This document shows, piece after piece, positions 26,869-39,705 of a stretch of DNA of 64,000 nt. Under the pieces are notes generated by a model that searched no databases, was not told the DNA's origin, and saw nothing but the letters and a program-made list of their open reading frames with translations. Position 1 is the stretch's first letter, and each line of letters opens with the position of its first letter. Made by a program: the position numbers and the translations under genes. Source of the stretch: Mobula birostris (Eukaryota); the NCBI RefSeq assembly GCF_030028105.1, contig NC_092391.1:25083223-25147222 (forward strand), in the 5' to 3' direction.

Positions 26869-29800
26869 AGTGGAGTTTCAAGAATGGCGGCGCACTGAAA
26901 AGTCTGCTTTGCTGAGCTCAGCACTGCAACACTGATAATTTCGCATATAAACCTATCTGTTTCAATTTTTTTAAATGCTCTAATGTCGGATTTAATAACA
27001 TGAACATTGATGAGTTTTTTTTTTGAGCTGCTTCAACCCTATGCCATCGAAAGGCACTAAAAAGGCGGCAGGATGGACTGCACACAGCGCTCACCAGGGG
27101 CTGAGGATCTAGCTGCTGCTAGCTATGCTAACACGTTGGACCTTGCTTTTCGTCAAGTAATTCAAGTTACAGAGAACATATCCAAAATAATGGATGAGAA
27201 GCTGGCTCCACTCTCTCCAACACTCCAAAACCACACATTGGAGCTTAAAAATCTTGATACAAGAACGACCGAAGCTGAGGGCCGAGTCTCCGCGGTAGAG
27301 ACTGTAGCTGATCAGCCCCAAAGCTGCGTTCAGGCGCTAGAAAAGCAAGTTCAAAGCCTGTCTGACCATATCGATGATCTTGAGAACAGAGGCAGGAGAA
27401 AGAATATACGAATCATTGGTCTACCTGAAGGTTCAGAAGGCAGCCAACCGGCGAAGTTTTTTTGAGGGCTGGCTCCCTAATTTCCTTGATTTGGAAACGA
27501 AGGCTGGACGCATTAAAATGGAAAATACTCACCGTACGCTGGCACCAAAACCGGGCCCAAGCCAATGCCCTCGACTCGTGCAGTTCTACAATTTCGGTGA
27601 TTAGCAAAGAGTGATGGAGACTTCGAGGCACCGTGGGACTGATGCCCAGGCTTTAATATATGAGGGATCCAGGCTTATGTTTTTTCAAGATTTTTCGGCA
27701 GCTGTTATTCAGAAGCGCAAGGAATTTGACCAGGTAAAGAAGCGGCTAACAGAATCCGGAATCCAGTACCTTATGCTATACCCAGCGGTGCTGAAAATCA
27801 CCTACAACAGGATCACCAAGATACTTGATTCTCCTGGCAAAGCTAAAACTTTTGTGGACACACTGGGCTAAAGAATATATACAGTATATTGTGTAGCCCT
27901 GGTTATGGACGATAACATGCTCGATGGTCGCTTTATTTTACCTTTTCATTACTCAACGGCAAGGTATCTTATAGGATGGGTAATGTGTTTGTTTTGATTG
28001 ATACAGTTTCATTATTGGTTTAAATTAGCAGTGCTGCTGCAGCTTGAAGGAGATTAAATATGACGGTAACAAATCGGTGGATTGATAAATTATGCCGTTT
28101 TCATTTTTGATTATGTTAAATGCCACATTGGCAGTGGGGCAGAATATGGGGTGCTAGAAGGTTCAGATATCCTCTTTAAGTGTGGGGCAAGTCCTCTTGT
28201 TTGCATTGTTGGCACTTTTTTTTGTGGGTTTTTTAAAATTTACTTATTGCTGCTCAGCTGACCTTAAATTGGGTTTCTTCTCCTCGGGAGTCACATGATT
28301 GTTATAAAGGGTTATGACCCCAGTAATATATTCAAATTGTGCACTTGGAACGTTAAGGGGAGTCATTCACCAATCAAGAGAAAGAAAATCCTACTAAACC
28401 TGAAAAAGTAAAGGGTTATTGCGGGAGTCATTTAAGTGATAAAGAACATCTAAAACTACAGCAGAGTGGATTTGATCAAGTCTATTTTTCATCTTTTAAT
28501 ACCAGGAGTAGGGGGTGCCCATTTTAATTAAGAAAAACTTACCTTTTAAGTTATTAGACTGCATTAAGGATAAGTATGGGAGATTTGTGATTGTTAAGGC
28601 TTCAATATATGGAGAGGAATATGGTATTCTCAATGCTTACCGCTCTCCAGCTCACCCTCTCAAATTCCTAACAAATGCCTTTTCCAAACTTACAAGCTTT
28701 TCAATACAAAACATTATTGTAGGTGGGGATTTTAATTGTCTCATGGACTCATTGATGGACAGAGTGCCTAGTGGTCCCCCATTGCTCTCCTCACAGTCCA
28801 AACAAATCATGGGCTTATGTGGATAACTAGGACTTGTGGATGTCTGGAGGTTGTTACATCCCTCAGACAAAGACTTCACATTTTTTTTTCTAATCCACAG
28901 AAGTATTATACCAGAATAGACTTTTTCTAACCACCAAAATGCTCCTAGATTTAGTTGTATCCTGCACAATTGGAAATATTGCTATTTCTGACCATGCAGC
29001 GGTATATTTAAATATTAAGCCCAAAGATAATTCAGCACGATCTAGACATTGGAGGCTGAATCCTTTTATTCTAAAGGATAATAAATATATACACTACTTT
29101 ACTTCCGAATTCAAAATTTTCCTATGTATCCAAAATTTTCCTATTTTCCAAATCAGCTAGTAGTCCATCGATGCTCTGGGAAACCGCAAGGGGATTAATT
29201 ATCTCCTACTCTGCTAGTAAGAAGCGACAAGCTGCGGAACAGCAGCATCTAGTGCAAGCAAGGCTTGCGGCAGCTGAAAAGGATTATATTAATAAGCCTG
29301 CTGCAGCCAAGTTACAGAATATCACAGCCCTAAGCTATACACTAAACTCTTTACTTACACAAGCAGCCAAAAGAAAATTGACATTTGCTAAACAACAATT
29401 GTTTGAACATGGTGAGAAACCAGGTAGGCATTTGGCTTATTTAGCTAGAAAGAAAAATGCCTCTCAGACTATTGCTTCAATTAGGGATGGGACAGGAGCC
29501 CTCACTAGTAATTCTAAAATGATTAATGTTGTGTTTAAGAATTTTTATTCTAAACTGTATCAATCCGACCAATGTAATCATGGACAATTTAGGATGGAGT
29601 CCTCTTTCAGGAATTTAGATCTCCTAGGCATTTCTTCTAAACAAGAGTCCCTCCTCAATGCTCCGTTATCTATACATGAGATACAGGAAGCTGTGAGATA
29701 GCTCCAAAGTGGGACGGCCCCTGGTCCAGATGGACTCACCAGTGAATTCTATAAAGAGTTCACAGGGTTATTATCAGAGCCTATGCTAAACATGTTCAAT

Positions 29801-32222
29801 CATGCATTTGATTGTGGTCTCCTCGCACCATCATTGAGAGAAGCTAATATTGCCCTAGTTCTTAAGGAAAGAGTCCTGAAGATTGTGCCTCCTACAGGCC
29901 TATTACATTATTAAATGTTGAGTTTAAAATCTTAGCTAAAATCTTAGCATTGCAATTAAAAACTGTATCACCTTTTATCATAAAAGAGGATCAAATGGGT
30001 TTTGTAAAAGGCCGTAGATCATCTAACAATATCAGAAGATTACTTAATATGATTCAGGCAAGTCAGCAACAGGCAGTGGACGGCATGGTGGTTTCCTTAG
30101 ATACAGAAAAGGCCTTTGATTGTGTCGAATGGCCGTATCTTTTTTTCACTTTAGAACGATTTGGTTTGGGCAATAATTTTATTAAGTGGGTGAAGGTTCT
30201 TTATAATGACCCTTTGGCTGCGATTCTCACTAATGGTATTAGGTGGGATAATTTTAGTATTCTGAGGAGCAGCCGGCAGGGCTGCCCTTTATCACCACTA
30301 CTTTTCACACTAGTGATCCAGCCATTGGCTGAGGCTATTCGGCGAGTCTCCAAAATATCTGCTCCAGACGTAGGACTAAAGTCACATAAAATTACATTAT
30401 ATGTGGATGATGTTCTAATTTTCTTAACAAACCCTGCTATATCAGTGCACCACCCTATACAATGCATCAGTTCATTTAGCACCTTTTCAGGTTATATAAT
30501 CAACTTTACTAAATCAGAGGCTATGCCTCTGGGGAATCTGCAGCAGGTACCTGACACCTAGGGTGTTTTCCCCTTTAAATGGTCACAGACAGGCTTTGTT
30601 TACTTAGGCATATTTATCACACCTACGTTTGATCAATTGTTCAAAGCTAACTTTACACAGTTATTTGACAAAATCAAACAGAATCTTGAGCGATGGAGCA
30701 CTCTTCCCATTTCTTGGCTTGGCCGAATATCCTTGCTCAAAATGAACATTCTTCCTCATCTGCTCTACCCAATACGAATGATTCCAGTCATCTTCACCCA
30801 ACAAATTCTTAAAAAAAATAAATGGCTGGTTTGTTTCTTTCATCTGGAACAACAGAAGACCCTGTATTAAAATGTCTAAGTTACAGCTTCCTAGTAGTCT
30901 AGGGAGTCTGGATTTTCCAGACATCAAAAACTATTAAGTTCCTTTTTATCCTATGTGGTTGACTGGGTTTGCAGGGACCCCAGCACAAGCAAAATGCCCT
31001 CTTATTAATTTGCTTTTCCTCAAGAAGATGAAACTAGTTAAGGAATATTGTCGCAATTCAATAACAATTAACACAGTCAGGGCTTGGAGGGTGGTGCGAC
31101 AAATTGAGGGCAACGCAGCGGAAATATCACCCTTCACTCCAATAACCGGCAGTCCAGATTTTCAGCCTGGCATAATGGATTCTGGATTTAAACTTTGGAT
31201 TTCTAAGGGTATTTTCCATCTAGGAGATTTGTTTGATGAAGGAATGATGATGTCTTTTAGTCAAATAGTACAGAAATTTAACATATCCAACAAGGATCTT
31301 TTTCCATTTATTTCACATAAGAGATTATATACAGAAAAACACATCATTGTTAACTGATTTCTATAGTTCTGACATAGAAAAGAGGGTGTTTCGTTCTAAG
31401 GCTGAAGTCTCTATTAGTACTTTTTACAGTATCCTGAGAGAATGTTCTTGTGAAGAGGCTGAGCAGCTGGGAAGGGTCTGGGAGGAAGAACTGGGAGTAG
31501 AAATTACAGCTGAAACATAGGAAGACATCTGTGATAATGCAAAGAAGATTTCAGTTTGTAATAGAACTAAAGCATTGCAACTCAAAATTCTGCACAGAGC
31601 CTATCTGACTCCAGATCGTCTCTCAAAATTTAAGACGGGGGTTTCTCCAATGTGTTCTAAGTGTAAAGTAAATACTGGAACTTTCACCCACTGTTTTTGG
31701 ACTTGTCCCAAACTTCAGGCATACTGGAGTGATATTTTGGGTGAAATGGAAAAGATTCTGAAGATGGAGCCTGAAATGGACCCAGTGTCTTTTCTCTTAG
31801 GCTTACCCAGCAGTCGTATCATTAATGCACATCAGAAAAAACTTTTGAACATCCTGACTTTTTGTGCGCGGAAGAACATTTTACTCTGTTGGATATCCGA
31901 TAAGGCCCCTGGACTTTCTGGTTGGCATAAATTAATCATGGAATACATTCCTTTGGACTTTTGGACATGTATGGTACACTCAAAAATAAATAGTTTTCAT
32001 AAAACATGGCAACCTTTTCTGCAGTACATAGATGTAAACCTGTCTGCTATACTAATAAGGGCGTTTGTATAGGATGTTGTGGTGATGTCTATATTTTGTT
32101 GGAAGTGTTCTGATACCTGATATCTGTGATGGGAAGAAATGTAAATGTAAGTGTACCTGGAAATTGAAAGTTTTGTTATACTGAGCAAAAAAAATAAATA
32201 AATATTTTTTTAAAAAAAGAAA
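26869..32222 (+). mobile_element. Full-length decayed L1-clade LINE
   Basis: ORF1 about 27041-27871 (DDLENRGRRKNIRIIGLPEG, FFQDFS, LYPAVLKI). ORF2 about 28314-32072: endonuclease (TWNVKG, GGDFN, SDH), RT (SLDTEKAFD, RQGCPLSPLLF, LYVDD) and CSKC...HCFWTC knuckle. Many stops and frameshifts; A-rich tail; probable TSD AGAAAATA. Confidence 0.93.
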
Positions 32223-33099
32223 ATATGTAATTGGGAATGCAGCACATACTTCTTCAAAAGAAGCACACAGAGGCCAAGTGAAGATGATGGATAAGTGCAT
32301 AACTACAAAACAGTCCAACTACTCACTTGATAAAACATCACCTTCACCTAAGGTTACATCTACCAACTCCACACAAGGCTCATCAGCTGCCCCAGAACCC
32401 ACATAACCTGAGTGGAAGCAAATCATCCTCGACCCAAAAGGGCTGCATAAGAATTGGAGTTGCAGATTCAATCTGAAAGAGTTCATGCCAAATCTGAAAG
32501 CTTAGGCTTTCAAAATGTACAAGATTTGGGACATATTAGAAATGGGCAGGAATGTTTATTGGTCAATCTTAATGCTGTGGCTGTCATGGAAAGTGATCTT
32601 TCAGAATCAAATATTCTAATAAGAGAAACATTTCAAGAGTACTTAAAAAGTTACGGTATTAAACTAAAGAAATATAGTTGCACAAAGACAGATATAGATC
32701 AAAAGACTGAATACAGAAAAATCAAAGAATTACTTAAAAGATTAAGAAAGGAAAATTAAGAGTGCAAACTAAAGCTAGCCAAAAAACAAAATAATCATTG
32801 CAAGAGTTTAAAAAGTCAACAAAGCAACTAGAAAACTGGTCTACTAGAAAATGAATGAATAATACTCCAAAAAATTACCTTGAACACATTTTAGAAATTC
32901 TTCACCCTCAGACTCAAATACTATTAATTATTCCAATATAAACTGGAATAAAGTTGCCATAATTACCCGAAGCATTTGCTCTTAGTGGTCTGTATGCACA
33001 TTTGCTACTCTATATTTCTCCTATGTGTTAGAGGCCTATACAATACACCTAGCAGCATTATGCTCCCTCTACTGTTGCTTGGTTAACTACTTTATTTTG

Positions 33100-33270
33100 T
33101 TTGATTGAGATGCAGCACAGAATAGGCCCTTTCAGCCCTTCAAGTCACACCACCCAGCAGCCCTCAATATAACCCTTGTCTAATTGCTGGACAATTTACA
33201 ATGACCCTATCAACCCATTCATCTTTGGACTATGGGAGGAAACTGGAGCACCCAGAGGAAACCCATGCAA
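33100..33270 (-). mobile_element. HE1/V-SINE fragment (others at about 41100-41290, 59960-60100 and 60310-60430)
   Basis: tctttggactatgggaggaaactggagcacccagaggaaacccatgca V-domain-like block. Confidence 0.6.
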
Positions 33271-33793
33271 TGTCGTGCCATCAGACCATGCTCTCACATG
33301 GTTCACTGACTAGCCTATGTACCAGACACTGCACGCTCATATTATACATAGTAAACCAAATTAAACTATATGTAATTTTTGTTTAAATGCACACCAGTAA
33401 AAATAAGCATGCTAACCTAATCTGGCATGAACAGTGTTGTAGCTAATAAAGCCCCTATCTCACGATACCAGAGCCCTAGGCTCAGTCCTGAGTTTGGATA
33501 CAATTGGTGTAGAGCAGGGTCCCCAACCTTTTTTGCACCGTGGACCAGTTTAATATTGACAATATTCTTGCGGGCCGGCCGACCGGGGGGTGGGGGGTGT
33601 TCAGAATATAGGTGATAAGTCAACTTTAAGTCACTTATAAGTGGCTAATACACTCAATTTCATTTCTAAAGGGGTTTATCTAACGAATTTAATATTAAAC
33701 ACACAGCACATAATTTTCCTCACATGATCATCGGCAATCACCTCTGATCTGGGTCGACATTTACGTGTCGGGCGGCACCTAATTAATTAGCTT

Positions 33794-34018
33794 AAAAGTT
33801 GCTGGTGAACGCAGCAGGCCAGGCGACATCTCTAGGAAGAGGTGCAGTCGGTGTTTCAGGCCGAAACCCTTCATCAGTCCTGATGAAGGGTCTCGGCCTG
33901 AAACGTCGACTGCACCTCTTCCTACAGATGCTGCCTGGCCTGCTGCGTTCACCAGCAAATTTTATGTGTGTTGCTTGAATTTCCAGCATCTGCAGAATTC
34001 CTGTTGTTTGTTGTTTGT
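33794..34018. mobile_element. Palindromic Penelope-like mini-element
   Basis: ~80 bp inverted arms; exact 14 bp TSD TAATTAATTAGCTT at 33780-33793 and 34019-34032. Confidence 0.88.
33875..33912 (+). ncRNA. Minimal (short stem III) hammerhead ribozyme motif
   Basis: CAGTC-CTGATGA-AGGgtctcggCCT-GAAAC-GTC-GACTG: stem I CAGTC/GACTG, intact core, GUC cleavage triplet. Confidence 0.75.
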
Positions 34019-35059
34019 TAATTAATTAGCTTGTTTATTTTGGCTTTTTTCTTAAAGATGTGCTGGGTGTGCTCCAGCTACCGCTGTACCGCTGCATTCT
34101 TCACGGCCCACAGGTTGGGGACCACTGAATTATAAGTCACTTATAAGTCAATAGCATCATAACATTTTAAGTAATGTTTGGATATTAAACACACAGCACA
34201 TATTTTCCCCGTATGAAGATATAAAATCATTGCAACACACCAATATCGCTGAATCAGTGGGAGCCCTGGGCTTGTTTCCCTGAAACGAGACGGTCCTATC
34301 GAGGGCTGAGGGGAGACAGCGATACTCGAACGGGGTTTCTTATGTCCAGTCTATTCCGCAATTTAGTTTTCGTTGCATTCATTGCAGAAAACCCCGCTTC
34401 GCAGCAATATGATTTTGGAAATGGAAGCAACGTTTTCAGTACTTTCGTGGTTATCTCAGGATATTCAGCCTTGACTCTGATCCAGAATGCCGGCAGGGAT
34501 GTTATTTCAAACATACTTTTCAGACCACCATCATTTGCAAGCTTGAGGAGTTGATCTTTTTCTCGTGCTGACATGGAAGATTCACCAGAAACATTCACAA
34601 ATGGGTCACGGACCCATTCCTTTGCACATCTTGGGTCATTTGCGTCTTGGGTCACTGATGACCTCACATGCGTTAAAGTTCAACAGTGGGCGCGACAGGG
34701 AATGAGGAAAGGTGCATCTGACTCATATCGTTTCATATCGCCAAATCATATTGTTTCCTCGCGGCCCGGTACCGGTCCGCGGCCCAGTGGTTGGGGATCA
34801 CTGCTCTACATCCCCATTTTACCTTCATTGTCTTATTATTTTTCCCTGAGTCTCTCTTATGCTTGTAAACTTTGCCCTTTTCAAAAATCTTTTTCTTCCT
34901 GAATCACCTCCTCACCAAAACCCTTGCTTTTGGTTTCCAGCTTAGCTTTCCATTCTGGTTCTATCCTAAGGCTCCCAAGCCTCTACCAAGCTTAAACCCC
35001 ATCAGAATTAATAAAAATGACCAGAAAGGAAAAATTAGAGGCAGCAAATGGCTTTATGA

Positions 35060-36720
35060 AAAGAAAATCTTTTTGACCAGTTTATTGGAGTCCTTTGAAG
35101 AAATAGCATGTGCTGTGGATACAGGGACTCCGCTGGATGAACAGTACTTGGATTTGCAGAAAAAATATTGATAAAGTGTTGCATCAAAGATAATGCAGAA
35201 AATAAAAGCTCATTGTGTAGGAAATAACATGACATGGATAGAAAATTGGCCCGCTAACAAGGAAGTCAGCATAAATGGGTCTTTATCTGATTAGCAAGAT
35301 ATAGAGTGTGCCATGGCGATTTGTGCTAGGGCCTCAACTTACTAAACTTACATAACTAACTTGGATAAAAACATCCAAGGAATATAGATAGATTAGGTGA
35401 CTGGGCAATATTTGGGAAAACGTGAAACAGTCCATTTTGGAAGTAGAATAAACCACTTTATTGAAACGCCAGGGATTGCAAATCTCAAAGGTGCAGAGGA
35501 TTCTGAAAGTGTTAGTGTTTGATTGCTGAAGGCTGATATACAGGTACAGAAAGTACACAATTAAGAAAGCCAACAAAATAAATGTCCATATCCAGCTCTC
35601 CTCACAACAATATAGGGTGCTTTAGTTTTATAAGCAATTAGCATGAATACTGTACATTTGAAGTAACATACACAGTACTGATCTCCTTATCCAAGGAAGG
35701 ATGCAAATGTTTTCTAGGCAATTTTGAGTAGTTTATTCAAATACCTGGAATGGGCAAGTCGTCCTTAGAGGGAAGTTTGAATAGGCTGGGCTAGTTTCCC
35801 TTGGAATTCCGATAGGTGAGAAGGTACTTGATTTAAGCATATACAATCCTAAGCAATCTTGAATGAGATGGCTATGAAGAGCATGTTTTCTCTTGTAGCA
35901 GAATAATGAGTTAGTGGAGTCACTGTTTCAACTTGGGGGAATAGGAGAGGTATAGCTCATAAGAAAGAGGAGGCATTTTTTCCACCCCTCAGAGGGTTGG
36001 AGGTGTTTGGAACTCTTCCCCAAAGATTGATGAAAGCCAAGTCTTTGAACATTTTTGGGTAGAAGTACATAGTTGTTCGTCCATCGTTGACATCGATGAG
36101 GACCTCGACACCATAATGATGGTGTCGAGACTAGCGCGTGATTTGGATTTAAGCGAGGGAGAGTTGCGCAGCGTCAGCGTCACTCTCTCTTCCCAATTCC
36201 CATCTGGGTCCAGTGGCAAGACAGAGTCTAGACGGCTGGAGATGGGATTAGGCGCAGTGGATGACCAGGACATCTTCTGTGTCTTGTCCTGCTCTACACG
36301 TTCCGCGACGCTTGCAGAGACCGCTTTCTTGACCGTTGGACCTTCCATTGGTCTCGTCCGCTCAATCCGCCGGAGTCTGTCTTCACATGCTGGGATAGAC
36401 AACTCCCTATCTCACCGAGGGTTTGAGACCCGTCGGCTACCCTCACCTGGTTTAGCTGGCTTGTCGAAGCCGTTGCCCGGGGTGTGGCCGCTGTCGCATG
36501 CAAACAGCTACGAGGAGCCACACGTGAGAGCTGAGTATTACTGTGATTATTAATTATTAATACATACGGTGTATTTTGATAACACAGTTAAGAAGTACCA
36601 AGGGTAGATGAGAATGCTGAGTTCATGGTATAATCAGATCAATCATAATCTTATTAAATAGTAAAGCAGCCTCAAGAGACTGAGTGGTCCACTTCTGGTC
36701 CTAATTCATAAGCCTGTAAT
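35060..36720 (+). mobile_element. Old CR1 LINE remnant hosting a younger insertion
   Basis: LTSLLESFEEIACAVDTGTPLDEQYLDLQK (CR1 RT). Confidence 0.7.
36071..36536 (-). mobile_element. CpG-rich non-autonomous RTE-related element
   Basis: Abrupt GC/CpG-rich block inside the CR1. Terminal hairpin TCGACACCA/TGGTGTCGA at about 36105-36128. Resembles remembered marsupial RTE-related SINEs (ggatttaagygagggag, ccatctgggtccagtggc). Confidence 0.6.
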
Positions 36721-37379
36721 TTTACACAGGGGTTGAATGTATTGGAACAAACAGGTTTATAGTCAAGAACTTCAGAAACAGGTGAAATAAGACAAGGCAG
36801 CAAAGTTAAAGAGGTAAAAACAAGTAGTCTTAATAACCATGCAAATATAACATTTAAAGCCCATCTTAGAAAAAGTGGTGGAGAAAAAGTGAGTGTCTTT
36901 TTATCACAGAGATTGCAATACCAACATTGCCTTCAGGGAGAAAGAGACTGTGGGAATGAGCAAAGATAATATCCTTATGCCTCAGGACTCGCTCATTTTA
37001 TTTCTAGATAACCACACTCATTCTATTTCTGGTGTTCCCACAACCAGTGGTCTCACATTAAGAACTCTTTATCTTGCTATTTCATACTCAGTTATTTATA
37101 TTTGCATTTGCACAGTTTGTTGCTCACTTAATGAAACAATGGTGTGGACATGCCCATCCTCGTTTTCAAACCAGGCTGCTCAAGGAATTAATGGGAGGTA
37201 AAAAAGTAAACTTCTAGGTCCACTTTTGAAATAAATAAGGCAAGTGCAGACTTAATGGAGTTTCAAATAAATCATTGAGAAGATCACGGATGAAGCCATA
37301 AAGAACTTGACTTTATTTAACTACAAGTCCACTTATCCAATGACTACTCCAAATAAACTGCACATCAGATGCAATCTCA

Positions 37380-38845
37380 CTGGCTCTCCACTCAGATTTG
37401 AACCACCCGGACAGCAGCAACACCTAGGTTAGGCTGCTATATATTTATTTCAGCTCAGCATTCAACACTTATCAACCCCACAGTACTAACCAACAAACTT
37501 CAAAATCTGGGCCTTTGTACTCTCCCTGCAACTGGATCCTTGACTTCCTTTCAGGAGACCACAGTCAGTGTAGATCAGAAAAACACCTCTTCCTCACTGA
37601 TAATCAATACAGGCACACTTCAAGGATGCATGCTTAGCCCAATGCTCTACCCATCTACCCTCATGACTTTGTGGCTAAGTAGAGGTCAAACACCATCTAT
37701 AAACTAAATGATAATACAACTGTTATTGGCAGAATCTCAGACAATGATGACAAGATGTGTGATACCAACCAATTGATCATGAACTTCAGTGAGGGGAGGT
37801 CAGAAGAATATACACCAACCCTCATTGATGTGTCAGCAGTGAAAAAAGCAGTGAGAATTTTGAAGATCAGGTTGGAGGAGCAACACCTCATATACCATCT
37901 GGGTAGTCTCCAGCCCTTTGGTATGAACACAGAATTCTCCAACTTCCGGTAATTCCCTCCCTCTCTCTTCCCCTATCGCTCTGTCCCCTCCCCCAGCTGC
38001 CTATCACCTCCCTCATGGTTCCACCTCCTTCTGCTACCCATCGTGTTTTCCTCTATTCCTTCTTCACCTTTCCTGCCTATCATCTTCCTGCTTCCCCTCC
38101 CCCACCCCTTTACCTTTCCCCTTACTGGTTTTTCACCTGACACCTACCAGCCTTCTCCTTCCCACCCTCCCCCCACCTTGTTTATAGGGCCTCTGCCCCT
38201 TCCCTCTTCAGTCCTGAGGAAGGGTTCCGGCCCGAAACATTGACTGATCGTTTCCACAGATGCTGCCCGACCTGCTGAGTTCCTCCAGCATGTTGTGAGA
38301 AGTTTGAAGCCCTGGGCTCCAACATCTCAGAAAATCTGTCCTGGGCCTAATATATTGATGTCATCACAAAGGCAGCAGCTATGCCTCATTAGGAGTTTGA
38401 GATTTGTTACATCACCAAAGACTCTAGCAAATATCTACAGATGCACAGTGCGGAGCATTCCGAGAGGTTGCATCACCGATTGGTATGGAGGCTCCAATGA
38501 ACAGTCCACCATCTCATCGTTAAGGACATCTAAAGTTTGTGCCTCGCTGGGGACCCTCACCATTCAGGACATGCCAACAAAGAGAAGGTACGGGAGTATG
38601 AAGATGCACATTCCAAATTTATTTACTTTTTTTTAATAAAAAAAGAAACAGCTTCTTCCCCTCCATCATCAGATTTCTCAATGGGCCATAAATATCACCT
38701 CACTGTTTTGCTCTCTCTCTTTGCACTATTTTATACAAATTTCTTATTGTAATTCATAGCAATTGTTTTATATATTGCAATGTACTGCTGCCACAAAACA
38801 ATAAATTCAATGACATGTCAGTAATAAACCAGATTCTGATTCTGC
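37380..38845 (+). mobile_element. Rex/Babar LINE remnant interrupted by a Penelope-like piece
   Basis: [13 protein letters not shown] and QGCMLSPML remnants; gattct tail at about 38832-38845. Confidence 0.7.
37866..38294 (+). mobile_element. Penelope-like 3' fragment (same family as 18876-19606)
   Basis: RLEEQHLIYHLGSLQPFGMNTEFSNF (GIY-YIG C-terminal end); hammerhead-like motif 38209-38246; 15 bp TSD GTGAGAA(T/G)TTTGAAG at 37851-37865 and 38295-38309. Confidence 0.85.
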
Positions 38846-39705
38846 ATTGTACTGAAGAGGCAAGTGGAATGAAGTTGCATTCAAATAACTATCAGGGAGT
38901 TCAAATATGTTTGAAAATTGACCTCAGATTTGTTTGGGACTGTGTCAAAAAAAAACAATCCATGGAAACAAATTGCAAAACCAAACACAATGACGTTGCT
39001 GCTTTGATAGATTTGGCAGAAAGTACTGTTTGAGTGTGTGATATCTTAGTACATCACTGCACAAATTCTTTTGCAGGGAGGACAACTATAGTTACTTCTG
39101 ACAGTCAATCAGATTAAATATGCACAATGTTAACAATAGATAACCAGATTTTGATACTTCAACCACAAATGAATTTGCTAATGTTTACCAGACTAGTTTC
39201 TATCAGATCACTATTATACAACAGCAATCCAACAATGACGAATATGGAGGGGATCGTGACTGGGGAATTTGTGTGCTTAACAAGATAATTAGTGGAAATA
39301 AAACTTTAAAATCTAATTAATCCTGGAATTGTATGTACCCTATGTAACTTTAAGCACAAGAAAGTGTGGTTTGGGGTTAAAAGGAAGTTAAAATTTGTAA
39401 ATTTTCATTGCCGTCCCAGCCCATCAAATTTTCAAACAGATTTTCATAAACAAAAGCATCAAAGAAATTTGTATTTGTGGGTCTTTCATTCAAAAGTATT
39501 CTGCTTATCTTATATTGTGGGGCCATTGTTATATTTAAACCAAATCAATGGAAGGGAAAATCCAACATTGCTGAGGATATCCAAAAGTGTATGGCTTACT
39601 TTTCCCAGTAGTTACAGTGAATTAAATAACATTTTGCTTCAACTCTATTCAATGTATTTGCCTTTTAAATTTAAATGTATAAAAACCAAACATAATTTGA
39701 CATAA

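Larger units (their letters stand above)
33515..34803 (-). mobile_element. hAT (Charlie/Buster-like) internally deleted DNA transposon with nested insertions
   Basis: Termini CAGGGTCCCCAACC and GGTTGGGGATCACTG. ORF 34296-34667 is a hAT dimerisation domain (FWIRVKAEYPEI..LLPFPKSYCCEAGFSAM..KTKLRNRLD). Confidence 0.88.

Noticed and set aside
34296-34667. Domesticated ZBED/SCAND-like gene
   Set aside because: Only a dimerisation-domain fragment between hAT termini, with no catalytic core; a deleted transposon.
36395-36460. Twister ribozyme-like words (UAA, GAGGG, GGGUCUCAAACCC) on the minus strand
   Set aside because: The order of elements does not allow the twister P2/P4 topology.
35989-36553. 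137 aa and 145 aa overlapping ORFs
   Set aside because: They lie within the GC-rich RTE-related insertion and have no recognisable protein motifs.
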